A stretch of 64,000 bases of DNA from Bacteroidales bacterium (GCA_021738535.1 JAIPBU010000004.1:36573-100572), one strand, 5' to 3'. Numbered from the stretch's first letter, positions 26,510 through 36,148 are shown. Program-made: numbers and translations. Notes: generated by a model from the letters alone, not told the origin.

Positions 26510-26619
26510 CCTTTTCTCTTTCCTCCACCCCTGAACATATATACTTTTTGGACATAATGGCTATATTAGCCAAAATAATTAGCGGCCTTCATTGCCCTGA
26601 GGATATTTAAACCTGAATT

Positions 26620-27396
26620 ATGAAAATTGGATTTATTGGTACCGGAAAAATAAGCAGTGCTGTAACTGAAGCAATATGCAAAAGCAAACAGGGAGATAAC
26701 ATAATTAACCTTTCTCCCAGGAACAAAGAGAGATCAGAAACACTGGCTGCTAAATATCCTGAGGTTAACCGATGGCAGTCGAACCAGGAAGTTTTAAATA
26801 AATCAGATATCGTTTTCATTGCCCTTAAGCCGGATGTATATGACAAGGTAATTGATGAGCTTTCATTCAGTAACCATCATATAGTGGTATCTCTTGTTCC
26901 GTATACAAATAAAAGCATCGTTCAAGACCTGGTTAAGCCGGCAAAATCTGTTACACGGGCAATTCCCCTTCCGGCTGTGGTTAACCATAATTGCCCCATT
27001 CCTGTTTTCTCTCCTGTAGAAGAAGTGATGAACATTCTTTCCTCCATTGGTAAACCACTGGTAATTGATGATGAGGACCAGTTGCATGTGCTATGGACCC
27101 TTACTGGACTGATTACACCATTTTATGATCTGTTATCGTCTTTAAGCGACTGGTCTGTAAATAATGGAGTCAAAAAAGAAATTGCTGATAAGTACATTGC
27201 TGATATGTTTATGTCTCTTTCATTTGCGGCAGGTGTGAGCTCTGAAACAGACTTTGGAATATTGTCAGATCATGCTGCCACACCGGGAGGGATGAATGAG
27301 AATTCAGGTAAAGAAATAAATAATGCAGGTGCTCACAGGGCATATACTGAAGCTGCAGAAAAAATCCTGGGAAAATTTAAAGCTATAAAACCCTGA
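26620..27396 (+). CDS. pyrroline-5-carboxylate reductase-family NAD(P)-binding protein (ProC-like, divergent)
   Basis: Rossmann start MKIGFIGTGKISSAV, 258 aa, and a C-terminal TPGGMNE resembling the ProC dimerisation-domain motif. Confidence 0.5.
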   Translation: MKIGFIGTGKISSAVTEAICKSKQGDNIINLSPRNKERSETLAAKYPEVNRWQSNQEVLNKSDIVFIALKPDVYDKVIDELSFSNHHIVVSLVPYTNKSIVQDLVKPAKSVTRAIPLPAVVNHNCPIPVFSPVEEVMNILSSIGKPLVIDDEDQLHVLWTLTGLITPFYDLLSSLSDWSVNNGVKKEIADKYIADMFMSLSFAAGVSSETDFGILSDHAATPGGMNENSGKEINNAGAHRAYTEAAEKILGKFKAIKP

Positions 27397-27404
27397 TTAA
27401 TATC

Positions 27405-27428
27405 AATCAGGCATTCTGATTATTTTTG
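27405..27428 (+). terminator. candidate rho-independent terminator
   Basis: AATCAG-gcatt-CTGATT stem followed by ATTTTTG, 9 nt after the stop at 27396. The stem is short and AT-rich. The sequence TATTTTTG (27421-27428) also matches a -7 box, so the assignment is ambiguous. Confidence 0.35.
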
Positions 27429-27493
27429 AATATTTGACCAATAACTTATAAAACATACCTGTAACAAAGACTGAGTATATAACTTTGAATATT

Positions 27494-29503
27494 ATGAGAA
27501 ACCTATTATTAACATTAACCATGCTGTTCCTTATTGCAAGCTGCAATAAAGGACCGGAAACACGCAATGATCATTACATTACTAACCAGGCTCCCCTGGT
27601 GGCTCAGCCTTATACGTCACTGCCCCTGGGCAGCATAAAGCCAAACGGCTTCCTGCTGAAGATGCTTGAACTCCAGCGCGATGGCCTTACAGGTCATCTT
27701 GATTCAATATACGAGGTGGTATGCGGACCCAATAACGGATGGCTTGGAGGTACAGGTGATGGCTGGGAGAGAGGACCTTACTGGATAGATGGCCTTGTGC
27801 CTCTTGCTTATATCCTGGATGATGAGCAACTGAAAGCAAAGGCACAGGAGTGGATAGAATGGAGTATCGCCAACCAGAGAGAAGACGGGTATTTCGGACC
27901 GAAACCCCTTCCTGATGACTACGAAGTAATAGAAGGTACCCAGCAGGGTAATCGTGAGGACTGGTGGCCGAAGATGGTGATGCTGAAAGTTTTACAGCAG
28001 TATTATACAGCAACAAATGATGAACGGGTAATAGAGCTGATGACCCGTTATTTCAGGTATCAGCTTGATAATCTGGATGAATACCCCCTGGGTAACTGGA
28101 CTTACTGGGCTAACAGGAGGGGAGGAGACAACATGGCTGTTGTTTACTGGCTCTATAATATAACAGGTGATGAATTTCTCCTTGACCTGGCTGAAGTATT
28201 GTTTGAACAGACCTATAACTGGACAGAAGTTTATTCAGGAAATGACCTCAGAACCATTAGCCCGCTGCCACATCTGCATTGCGTTAATGTAGCGCAGGGA
28301 CTTAAACAACCGGTTGTCTATTACCAGCAGCACCCGGAAGAGAAGTACCTTGAAGCGGTAAAGAAAGGACTGAATTCTTTAAAAGAAATACATGGCTTTG
28401 TAAATGGAATGTATGGCGGCGATGAACGCCTGCATGGGAATGATCCCACACAGGGTTCTGAACTGTGCTCTGCTATTGAGATGATGTATTCTTTTGAGAA
28501 TATTTTACCGGTTACCGGGGATACTTATTATGCAGATTACCTTGAGAAAGTAGCGTATAACGTGCTTCCGGCTCAACATAATGACGATTATACGCGCAGA
28601 CAATATTTTCAGCAGGCTAACCAGGTTCTTGTAACAGATGTAAAACGGAATTTCTTTAATGATAGAAATGCAAGGATAGCTTATGGTGTCCTGACAGGAT
28701 ATCCATGTTGTACAGCTAACATGCACCAGGGATGGCCCAGGTTTATCCAGAACCTGTGGTATGCCACTGCCGATAACGGTATTGCTGCACTTGTTTACGG
28801 GCCGTCTGAAGTTAATGCTGTTGTGGCAGATGGTAAGGAGGTTAGGCTTGTTGAAGAAACAGATTATCCTTTCAGGGATAAGATAAATATTACATATAAA
28901 AGCAAGAAAAAGGTAACTTTCCCCCTGCACCTGAGAATCCCGGGTTGGTGTAATGAGCCTGTAGTAACTGTAAATGGAGAAGCTGTGGAAATATCAGATC
29001 AGGACAATATTGTTGTTATTGACAGGGAGTGGACTGAAGGAGACAGGGTTGAAATGACTTTCCCTATGGAGATAAGGGTTTCTGAATGGGCAGATGATTC
29101 AAGGGGAATAGAGAGAGGCCCCCTTGTATATGGTCTCAGGATAGAAGAAAATTGGGTGGAGAAAAAAACAGAGCAGTGGCCTCACAGCTTCTTTGAAGTA
29201 CTGCCTGAAAGCCCGTGGAATTATGCACTTTATGAGCCGAAGGGAAGCCTTGATGAAATTGCAGTGGAAGAGAGTAGTGATGTACCGGATATGCCCTGGA
29301 ACCTTGAGAATGCACCCATAACACTAAAAACAAAAGGAGGACGGCTGCCTTACTGGAACATGGATAAGAACTCAGCAGCTAGACTGCCTGTCCGTAATCT
29401 CTCAAGTGAACTGGGAAATATTGAGAAGGAAGATATAGAATTGATTCCTTATGGCTGCACAACACTGAGGATATCCGAGTTCCCGGTGATAAAAACAAGG
29501 TAG
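27494..29503 (+). CDS. GH127-like glycoside hydrolase (DUF1680 / beta-L-arabinofuranosidase family), lipoprotein
   Basis: Lipobox LFLIASC. The Cys-rich GYPCCTANMHQGWPRF motif resembles the Cys/Zn catalytic site of GH127, and the length is ~670 aa. I prefer ATG 27494 over the track's TTG 27485. Confidence 0.7.
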   Translation: MRNLLLTLTMLFLIASCNKGPETRNDHYITNQAPLVAQPYTSLPLGSIKPNGFLLKMLELQRDGLTGHLDSIYEVVCGPNNGWLGGTGDGWERGPYWIDGLVPLAYILDDEQLKAKAQEWIEWSIANQREDGYFGPKPLPDDYEVIEGTQQGNREDWWPKMVMLKVLQQYYTATNDERVIELMTRYFRYQLDNLDEYPLGNWTYWANRRGGDNMAVVYWLYNITGDEFLLDLAEVLFEQTYNWTEVYSGNDLRTISPLPHLHCVNVAQGLKQPVVYYQQHPEEKYLEAVKKGLNSLKEIHGFVNGMYGGDERLHGNDPTQGSELCSAIEMMYSFENILPVTGDTYYADYLEKVAYNVLPAQHNDDYTRRQYFQQANQVLVTDVKRNFFNDRNARIAYGVLTGYPCCTANMHQGWPRFIQNLWYATADNGIAALVYGPSEVNAVVADGKEVRLVEETDYPFRDKINITYKSKKKVTFPLHLRIPGWCNEPVVTVNGEAVEISDQDNIVVIDREWTEGDRVEMTFPMEIRVSEWADDSRGIERGPLVYGLRIEENWVEKKTEQWPHSFFEVLPESPWNYALYEPKGSLDEIAVEESSDVPDMPWNLENAPITLKTKGGRLPYWNMDKNSAARLPVRNLSSELGNIEKEDIELIPYGCTTLRISEFPVIKTR

Positions 29504-29579
29504 GGGTTTATAGTCTCAATTTATCGACGCCTTGAATTAATTTTTAGTATTTTCGAAAGAAAATATCTAATAGTTCAAT

Positions 29580-31070
29580 ATGTATTTACTCGGAATTGAT
29601 CTTGGCAGCTCTTCTGTCAAAACGAGTCTGATTGACAGCTCTAAGGGGAAAGTTATCGCATCTTCATCACATCCTGAGAGAGAAATGCAGATAATGTCAC
29701 CCGAACAGGGCTTTGCCGAACAGGATCCTGATACCTGGTACTATCATCTCAAAATGGCTCTCAGCTTACTGATGAGCAAGTCCGGGGTTGATAAGGATGA
29801 TATTATAGCTGCAGGGATTGCTTACCAGATGCATGGACTGGTATTGGTTGATAAAGACATGAAAGTACTGAGACCGTCTATTATCTGGTGCGACAGCCGG
29901 GCAGTGACTACAGGTAATAAGGCCTTTGAGGAAATTGGAAAAAAGAAGTGTCTCAAACAACTATATAACAGTCCGGGTAACTTTACCGCCTCCAAACTCA
30001 AATGGGTGAAAGATAATGAACCGGGTATATATGAGATGATACGCTATATAATGCTTCCGGGCGATTTCCTGGCGATGAGGCTTACCGGCAATATCAACAC
30101 AACAATTACCGGGCTCTCAGAAGCTGTATTATGGGATTTTGTTAATGGTAAACCTGCTGAATCCGTAATGGACTATTATGGGATACCGGAAGATATAATA
30201 CCGGGTATTGTACCTGTTTTCTCAAACCAGGGAAATATCTCGAAGGATGTGGCCGTGGACCTGGGGCTGAGTAAAAAAACAATTGTTGCTTACAGGGCAG
30301 GTGATCAGCCCAATAATGCTTTTTCACTTAATGTCTTAAACCCCGGACAGGCTGCTGCTACAGCCGGAACTTCAGGAGTTATATACGGGGTAAGTGAATC
30401 TGTAAAACCCGATGACCGGACACGGGTGAATACCTTTGCTCATGTTAATTACAGTATTGAAAACCCTGTGCTTGGTACTTTGCTATGTGTAAACGGAACA
30501 GGCATTCTTTATTCCTGGCTGAGATCTAATTATGGCGGGGATATAAGCTATGATGAAATGAATGTGCTTGCAGGGAAGATCGACCCTGGCAGCAATGGCC
30601 TGCAAATATATCCCTTCGGGAACGGGGCAGAGAGAATACTTGATAACAGGAATACCGGTGCCCGGATAACAAATCTTGATTTTAATATTCATAACAGGTC
30701 ACATATGTTCAGGGCCGCCCAGGAAGGCATCGTTTATGCTATGAATTACGGCTTACAGGTAATGAAAGATATGGGAATAGAAGCAAGTACAATAAATGCA
30801 GGGAATGCTAACCTCTTTTTAAGTCCTCTCTTCAGGTCCCTGCTTGCAGATGTTACCGGTTCAGAGATAAGGCTATATGACACTGATGGAGCAAAAGGCG
30901 CTGCTCTGGGTGCAGGCTATGGTGCAGGTATTTACAAGAATATTTCTGAGTTGCCTGCAGGTCTGAAGGTATTGGATAAAGCAGCACCGGATCCAGCTTC
31001 GGCAAAAATTTACAGGGAAAAATATGCAAAATGGCTGGAGGGCCTGAACATAATCCATGGTTCATTGTAA
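29580..31070 (+). CDS. xylB: FGGY-family carbohydrate kinase (xylulokinase-like)
   Basis: MYLLGIDLGSSSVK start and FGGY N- and C-domains, at 496 aa. Confidence 0.7.
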   Translation: MYLLGIDLGSSSVKTSLIDSSKGKVIASSSHPEREMQIMSPEQGFAEQDPDTWYYHLKMALSLLMSKSGVDKDDIIAAGIAYQMHGLVLVDKDMKVLRPSIIWCDSRAVTTGNKAFEEIGKKKCLKQLYNSPGNFTASKLKWVKDNEPGIYEMIRYIMLPGDFLAMRLTGNINTTITGLSEAVLWDFVNGKPAESVMDYYGIPEDIIPGIVPVFSNQGNISKDVAVDLGLSKKTIVAYRAGDQPNNAFSLNVLNPGQAAATAGTSGVIYGVSESVKPDDRTRVNTFAHVNYSIENPVLGTLLCVNGTGILYSWLRSNYGGDISYDEMNVLAGKIDPGSNGLQIYPFGNGAERILDNRNTGARITNLDFNIHNRSHMFRAAQEGIVYAMNYGLQVMKDMGIEASTINAGNANLFLSPLFRSLLADVTGSEIRLYDTDGAKGAALGAGYGAGIYKNISELPAGLKVLDKAAPDPASAKIYREKYAKWLEGLNIIHGSL

Positions 31071-31088
31071 ATTAAATAAAACATTATT

Positions 31089-32456
31089 ATGAAAACCCGT
31101 ACCGAAAAGGATGCCCTGGGTGAAATAAAAGTGCCTGCTGATGCAATGTATGGAGCCCAGACCCAGCGTGCTGTTGAGAATTTCAGGATAAGCGATCTGA
31201 AACTGCAGTTTCCTTTTATTGAAGCACTTGCCCTTATAAAAAAATATGCTGCCATTGTTAACGGTGAACTGGGCCTGATCAAAACTGAATTTTCAAAAGC
31301 AATATCAGAAGCAGCCGGTGAAATAATTGAAGGTAAGCATAACGATCAGTTTGTTGTTGATGTGTTCCAGACGGGTTCGGGTACATCAACAAATATGAAC
31401 ATTAATGAAGTAATAGCTACAGGGGCAAATCGTATAGCAGGCAGTAAAGAAGGATCATCAGAAAAAGTGCATCCCAACGACCATGTTAACCTGGGGCAAT
31501 CGAGTAATGATGTTATTCCCTCCGCCATTAATATTTCGGTGTTTAAGCTAATAGAGGACAAGCTTGAGCCCGCACTTAAAAAACTGTCAGGCAGCCTTTC
31601 TGTAAAGAGCAATGAATTTGCCGATGTTAAGAAACTTGGTCGTACTCACCTGCAGGATGCTGTTGAAATGACGCTGGGACAGGAATTTTCAGGCTATGCC
31701 GGGCAGGTAAACAAAGACCTTGAATTACTCTCTGATGTAAAAAAATATTTGCTTGAGTTGAGTCTCGGGGGAACGGCTATTGGAACAGGAATAAATACTC
31801 ACCCGGACTTTGCCTCTAAACTGACCGTTTTACTTTCCGAAGCTACAGGGATAAGTTTCAGGGAAACAGAAAATCACTTCTCATCACAATCGTCCCAGGA
31901 TGTTTCGGTAGCTGTAAGCGGGGTTTTAAATACAATAGCAGTAAGCCTGGCAAAGATCGCAAATGATATAAGATGGCTTGCATCAGGACCACGGGCCGGC
32001 CTGGGCGAGATCAACCTGCCTGTACTGCAGCCGGGATCATCAATAATGCCCGGGAAGGTAAACCCGGTGGTGCCCGAGGCTGTCCTGCAGGTAGCGGCAC
32101 ATGTTACCGGGAATGATGCTACTGTGACGGCCGCAGCAAAAGGAGGGAATTTTGAATTGAATACTATGCTCCCGGTAATTGCCTATAACCTTATACAGTC
32201 GGTGGAAATCCTTTCTAGTGTTTCCGTGGTATTTGCAGAAAAGTGCATTGACGGAATCACTGCCAACATTGAAAAATGCAACTATAATGTAGAGAACAGC
32301 CTCGATATGGCTGTGAAGCTTATCCCCTATATAGGCTATGACAGGGCCTCTGATGTTGCTGAAATGGCTTACAGGAAGGGTAAAACCATTATGCAGGTGG
32401 TTGAGGAAGAAGGCATTCTGGACAAACAGCAAATTGGAAAAGCTTTCGGGATTTAA
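31089..32456 (+). CDS. aspA: aspartate ammonia-lyase
   Basis: Fumarate-lyase signature GSSIMPGKVNPVVPEAV. The NPVVPE variant is AspA-like rather than the FumC NPTQ variant. The N-terminus is TRTEKDALGEIKVPADAMYGAQTQRAVENF. Confidence 0.75.
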   Translation: MKTRTEKDALGEIKVPADAMYGAQTQRAVENFRISDLKLQFPFIEALALIKKYAAIVNGELGLIKTEFSKAISEAAGEIIEGKHNDQFVVDVFQTGSGTSTNMNINEVIATGANRIAGSKEGSSEKVHPNDHVNLGQSSNDVIPSAINISVFKLIEDKLEPALKKLSGSLSVKSNEFADVKKLGRTHLQDAVEMTLGQEFSGYAGQVNKDLELLSDVKKYLLELSLGGTAIGTGINTHPDFASKLTVLLSEATGISFRETENHFSSQSSQDVSVAVSGVLNTIAVSLAKIANDIRWLASGPRAGLGEINLPVLQPGSSIMPGKVNPVVPEAVLQVAAHVTGNDATVTAAAKGGNFELNTMLPVIAYNLIQSVEILSSVSVVFAEKCIDGITANIEKCNYNVENSLDMAVKLIPYIGYDRASDVAEMAYRKGKTIMQVVEEEGILDKQQIGKAFGI

Positions 32457-32457
32457 G

Positions 32458-32502
32458 TATTCCATTAATCCATCAATCCATTATTCATTGTTCCAAATAC
32501 TA
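32458..32502. repeat. CCATTAAT-word low-complexity tract
   Basis: TATTCCATTAATCCATCAATCCATTATTCATTGTTCC begins directly after the aspA stop. Confidence 0.8.
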
Positions 32503-32503
32503 T

Positions 32504-32511
32504 TATCTTTG
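32504..32511 (+). promoter_or_regulatory. candidate -7 promoter box TATCTTTG
   Basis: Exact TAnnTTTG match, 27 nt upstream of ATG 32538. Confidence 0.4.
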
Positions 32512-32537
32512 AAACTTTGTAATCGTAACTAAGAAGA

Positions 32538-33437
32538 ATGGAAGCCAGCCTTTTTTCGCAGTATATTTTGCCCGTGACACTGGGTTTGATAATGATCAAC
32601 CTGGGTTTATCATTGCACTTTGAGGACTTCAGGCTCATATTCTCAGAGCCCAGAGCACTCATTACAGGCTTATGCTGCCAGATGATCTTGCTTCCGGGCA
32701 TTGCATTTACAATTGCTTACCTCAGTGATCTTCCCGCTGCCATCAAAATAGGTATTGTATTGATCTCAATTTGTCCTGGAGGAGCAACATCAAACCTGAT
32801 AACCTACCTGCTGAAGGGAAATGTTGCCCTTTCAATATCACTTACATCCATTAACAGCATACTTATTCTTTTTACCATACCCGGTTTCCTTATGCTGGCC
32901 ACAAACCTTTTTATGGATGAGCAGAGCTATGTTACTTTGCCTTTCCTGCCAACAATACTGAAAATATTTCTTATGATATTGATGCCTACGGCATTGGGTA
33001 TACTTATAAGATACAGGTTTCCCGGTAAGGCTAAGGTGGCAGAAAAATACATGAAGTACATTACGACATTTTTGCTTGCTGTAGTATTCCTTTTCGTGAT
33101 ATTCACAAGTCATAACGAAAGCGAACAACCTTTTAAGCTATACCTCAGGATAGCACCGCTGGTTTTCCTTCTAAATGTGCTGGGAATGGCTTCAGGCTAC
33201 CTTGCCGGACGGTGGCTGCGATTCAGGAAACCAAAAATCATCACTCTCTCAATAGAGGTAGGCATACAGAACAGTGCGCTTGCAATAACAATAGCCAGCT
33301 CTGCTGTCTTTCTCAACAACACCACCATGGCAATACCTGCCGTTATATACGGCATGTTTACCTTCTTCAATGCTGTTATTTTTGGATTGATCGTTAACAG
33401 GTGGCACAATATTACCGGTAAAATAAAATATGATTAA
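32538..33437 (+). CDS. bile acid:sodium symporter (BASS) family transporter
   Basis: Polytopic, 299 aa, with the ICPGGATSNL motif typical of BASS/SBF proteins. Confidence 0.8.
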   Translation: MEASLFSQYILPVTLGLIMINLGLSLHFEDFRLIFSEPRALITGLCCQMILLPGIAFTIAYLSDLPAAIKIGIVLISICPGGATSNLITYLLKGNVALSISLTSINSILILFTIPGFLMLATNLFMDEQSYVTLPFLPTILKIFLMILMPTALGILIRYRFPGKAKVAEKYMKYITTFLLAVVFLFVIFTSHNESEQPFKLYLRIAPLVFLLNVLGMASGYLAGRWLRFRKPKIITLSIEVGIQNSALAITIASSAVFLNNTTMAIPAVIYGMFTFFNAVIFGLIVNRWHNITGKIKYD

Positions 33438-33503
33438 ACAGGCAGCATTTTCTGATTACCTGAGTCTATTAAGCAAACGTGTCAGTTAAAAAACCAGTCT
33501 AAA

Positions 33504-35870
33504 ATGTTTGTCAGAAGAAGTTCTTTTCTACGAAACCTTAAAAGGTTTAATGGTATTGTATTGCTTAATATGGCCGGCCTGGCAATAGGGCTTGCCGGGG
33601 TCATTTTTATTGCCCTATGGGTAAACCATGAATTGAGTTACGATAGGTTCCATGAAAATTCAGACAGGATTTACAGGATGGAGTCTCTTCTTAACTGGAC
33701 TGGTGACCCCTTTGTCTGGCAGGTAACACCTGCTCCCCTTGCTCAGAATATTGTGAAGGATTATCCGGATGTTGAACTGGCAGTAAGGATGAAAAAGGGT
33801 TATTCTCCCCTGATAAAATCAGGAGAGGAAGTATTTAATGCAGAAAATTTCTATTTTGCTTCACCCGGATTATTTAAACTATTCTCTTTTAACCTTATCT
33901 ACGGGAATCCCGGGAGTGTCCTGGCAGAACCTTACTCAATATTGTTGTCTGAAAAAAAAGCACTTAAATTATTCGGAACAACAAACATCCTTGGTAAGGA
34001 GATAATATATGATAATGAGCATCTTATGACGGTGTCAGGGGTGTTTGAAGATATTCCTTCAAACAGTCATATTAAACTGGATTACATTGTTCCCTTTTCT
34101 TTTTTAGTTGAGGATAACAGGAAACTGGACAGTTGGACAAGATATAATTTTTATACCTATATATTGCTGAAAGAAGGTGTTGATGCCGGGGAATTTAATA
34201 AGAAAATCAAGACATACCTTTCAAGAAAAGCTGAAAAGGATGCCGGTGAACTTTTGCTTAACCCGCTACGGAGAATACACCTCTACAGGGATCCGGGTTT
34301 TGAATCACAAATATATCCTTCCGCCGGTAAAGGCCCTATTTCTACAGTTATCCTGTTTTCCATAATAGGTGTCGCCTTGCTGCTGATTGCATGCATCAAT
34401 TTTATAAATCTTTCAACTGCTGTTTCTGCAACAAGGGCAAAAGAAATTGGAGTGCGTAAAGTTGCCGGGGCAAGCCGTGAAAACCTTGTTTATAAATTAT
34501 TCGGAGAGTCTTTTACCCAGGCAATTATTTCCATGACAGTTGCATTGGTAATTGTCTTGCTGCTCTTTCCTGTATTTAATAATATAACAGGACTGGATAT
34601 GAGTGCAGGGGATATGATAAAACCTGTAAATATTCTTGCTGTTATTGCAATTACAACAATTACTGCCATACTATCCGGGATATATCCTGCCATTGTTCTG
34701 TCTTCTTTCAAACCGGTAAAAGTGCTTAAATCTAAACTGGATGGAAGGGCAAAAAATGGGGTGGGTCTGAGAAAAATACTCGTTCTATTCCAGTTTACAC
34801 TATCTGTGTTATTTATCTTCTGTGTGATCCTGATGAACAGGCAGACCAGTTTTATGCGTAACTATGATCCTGGCTTTGATAAAGAAAATACCATGGTCGT
34901 TTATCCCGGATCCGATTCTGATGATGCAGAGATTATTGCTGGTGAAATAAAAAAAATGCCGGGTGTGGCAAATGTAGCCATAGGTAATAATGTACCTGTT
35001 AATATGGGTGGCTGGCAGGTTCTTAGAGATTGGGATGGTAATGACGAAAATAAGGAACTGAAATTTCATTTGATCCAGGTTGACGATAATTACATTGACC
35101 TGCTTGGATTCAAAATGGCACAGGGGAGACAGTTTAATAAGGGACAGCAGAATAATGAAGTCATAATAAATGAGTCTGCTGTAAAGATGATGGGAATGAA
35201 TTCTCCCCTTGGTAAAAACATATACCTGGATGGACTTGAATATGAGATCATAGGTGTGTTAAAAGATTTTCATTTCAGAAAGCTGAAGGAAGAGGTGAAG
35301 CCTGTTTTTATCTATAAGCCTGATCGTTGGTGGGGAAGAAAGATCTTTGTTAAGTTGGCTCCGGGGAGTGGTCATGATATAGTTGACCGAATAGCAGGTG
35401 TGGTGGATGAGTTTAATCCTGATTACCCGGCAAACTTTATCTTTCTTGACGAGGAAATGGATAACTATTACCAGGACGAGAGCCGTCTCAATAAACTATT
35501 GAATATTGCCACCCTGATAAGTATTATCATCTCATCAATAGGGCTGTTCAGCCTGACCGCTTTCGCTACACGCAGCAAACAAAGAGAGATAGGTATCAGG
35601 AAAGTTCACGGGGCTTCACCCCCCGGTATAATATTTATGCTTCAAAAGCAATTCGGGTACCTTATAGTTATTTCATCCCTTATTGCATTTCCCCTTGCAT
35701 ATTATGTTATAAGCCGATGGCTCCAGACCTATGCTTACCATATAACTGTTAAGGTACAGTATTTTATCCTTACATTTATTCTTGTAAGCATGGTAGCTGC
35801 TCTGACTATCCTGTTTCATTCACTCCGCTCAGCTAACCTTAACCCGGCAGATACACTGAGGGAGGAGTGA
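33504..35870 (+). CDS. MacB/FtsX-family ABC transporter permease, paralog 2
   Basis: 788 aa with the same architecture as 23741-26095 (KEIGVRKVAGA and REIGIRKVHGA FtsX motifs). No adjacent ATPase gene. Confidence 0.85.
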   Translation: MFVRRSSFLRNLKRFNGIVLLNMAGLAIGLAGVIFIALWVNHELSYDRFHENSDRIYRMESLLNWTGDPFVWQVTPAPLAQNIVKDYPDVELAVRMKKGYSPLIKSGEEVFNAENFYFASPGLFKLFSFNLIYGNPGSVLAEPYSILLSEKKALKLFGTTNILGKEIIYDNEHLMTVSGVFEDIPSNSHIKLDYIVPFSFLVEDNRKLDSWTRYNFYTYILLKEGVDAGEFNKKIKTYLSRKAEKDAGELLLNPLRRIHLYRDPGFESQIYPSAGKGPISTVILFSIIGVALLLIACINFINLSTAVSATRAKEIGVRKVAGASRENLVYKLFGESFTQAIISMTVALVIVLLLFPVFNNITGLDMSAGDMIKPVNILAVIAITTITAILSGIYPAIVLSSFKPVKVLKSKLDGRAKNGVGLRKILVLFQFTLSVLFIFCVILMNRQTSFMRNYDPGFDKENTMVVYPGSDSDDAEIIAGEIKKMPGVANVAIGNNVPVNMGGWQVLRDWDGNDENKELKFHLIQVDDNYIDLLGFKMAQGRQFNKGQQNNEVIINESAVKMMGMNSPLGKNIYLDGLEYEIIGVLKDFHFRKLKEEVKPVFIYKPDRWWGRKIFVKLAPGSGHDIVDRIAGVVDEFNPDYPANFIFLDEEMDNYYQDESRLNKLLNIATLISIIISSIGLFSLTAFATRSKQREIGIRKVHGASPPGIIFMLQKQFGYLIVISSLIAFPLAYYVISRWLQTYAYHITVKVQYFILTFILVSMVAALTILFHSLRSANLNPADTLREE

Positions 35871-35937
35871 AGAAGATACAAGAAACAAGTACGGAAGAAA
35901 CAAGTGAGTTGTGCAGGGATGTAATTATCTGCATATT
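35871..35937 (+). repeat. purine-rich ACAAG-word module (locus B)
   Basis: Starts at the first nt after the stop codon. It is homologous to 26146-26215. Confidence 0.85.
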
Positions 35938-35944
35938 CAGACTT

Positions 35945-36040
35945 CCGCCGCACTGGCCTGATCCCCGGGTGGTACCCCCGCCCACTGGCCTGATCCCCGG
36001 GTGGTACCCCCGCCCACTGGCCTAATCCCCGGGTGGTACC
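35945..36040 (+). repeat. 32-nt tandem repeat x3
   Basis: The CACTGGCC word recurs at 35951, 35983 and 36015 (period 32). The unit is ~CACTGGCCTGATCCCCGGGTGGTACCCCCGCC. Single diverged units occur at 26239-26270 and 46768-46797. Confidence 0.9.
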
Positions 36041-36082
36041 GGGGCTATTTCTATTCACCCCCGGGGGTGTTAAGGTAATCCC
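36024..36082 (+). repeat. conserved core of the intergenic repeat family
   Basis: The 39 nt AATCCCCGGGTGGTACCGGGGCTATTTCTATTCACCCCC (36024-36062) are identical to 46782-46820. GGGGTGTTAAGGTAATCCC (36064-36082) is identical to 46873-46891. The core contains the hairpins CCCCGG/CCGGGG and CACCCCC/GGGGGTG. Confidence 0.9.
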
Positions 36083-36094
36083 TTCTATAACGAA

Positions 36095-36148
36095 CCTTCG
36101 CCTTAGCCTTAGCCTCAGCCTTCGCCTCAGCCTTCGCCTTAGCCTTCT
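36095..36148 (+). repeat. hexamer tandem array CCT(T/C)(A/C)G x9
   Basis: CCTTCG CCTTAG CCTTAG CCTCAG CCTTCG CCTCAG CCTTCG CCTTAG CCTTCT. Confidence 0.9.

Noticed and set aside
35945-36040. Possible CRISPR array (32-nt direct repeats)
   Set aside because: The three units are directly adjacent with no spacers. There are only three of them, and no cas genes occur anywhere in the window. It is a plain tandem repeat.
35816-36058. 80-aa minus-strand ORF over repeat locus B
   Set aside because: Same reasoning as above. It is Gly/Pro/Arg-rich low complexity produced by GC-rich tandem repeats, and it overlaps the permease 3' end antisense.
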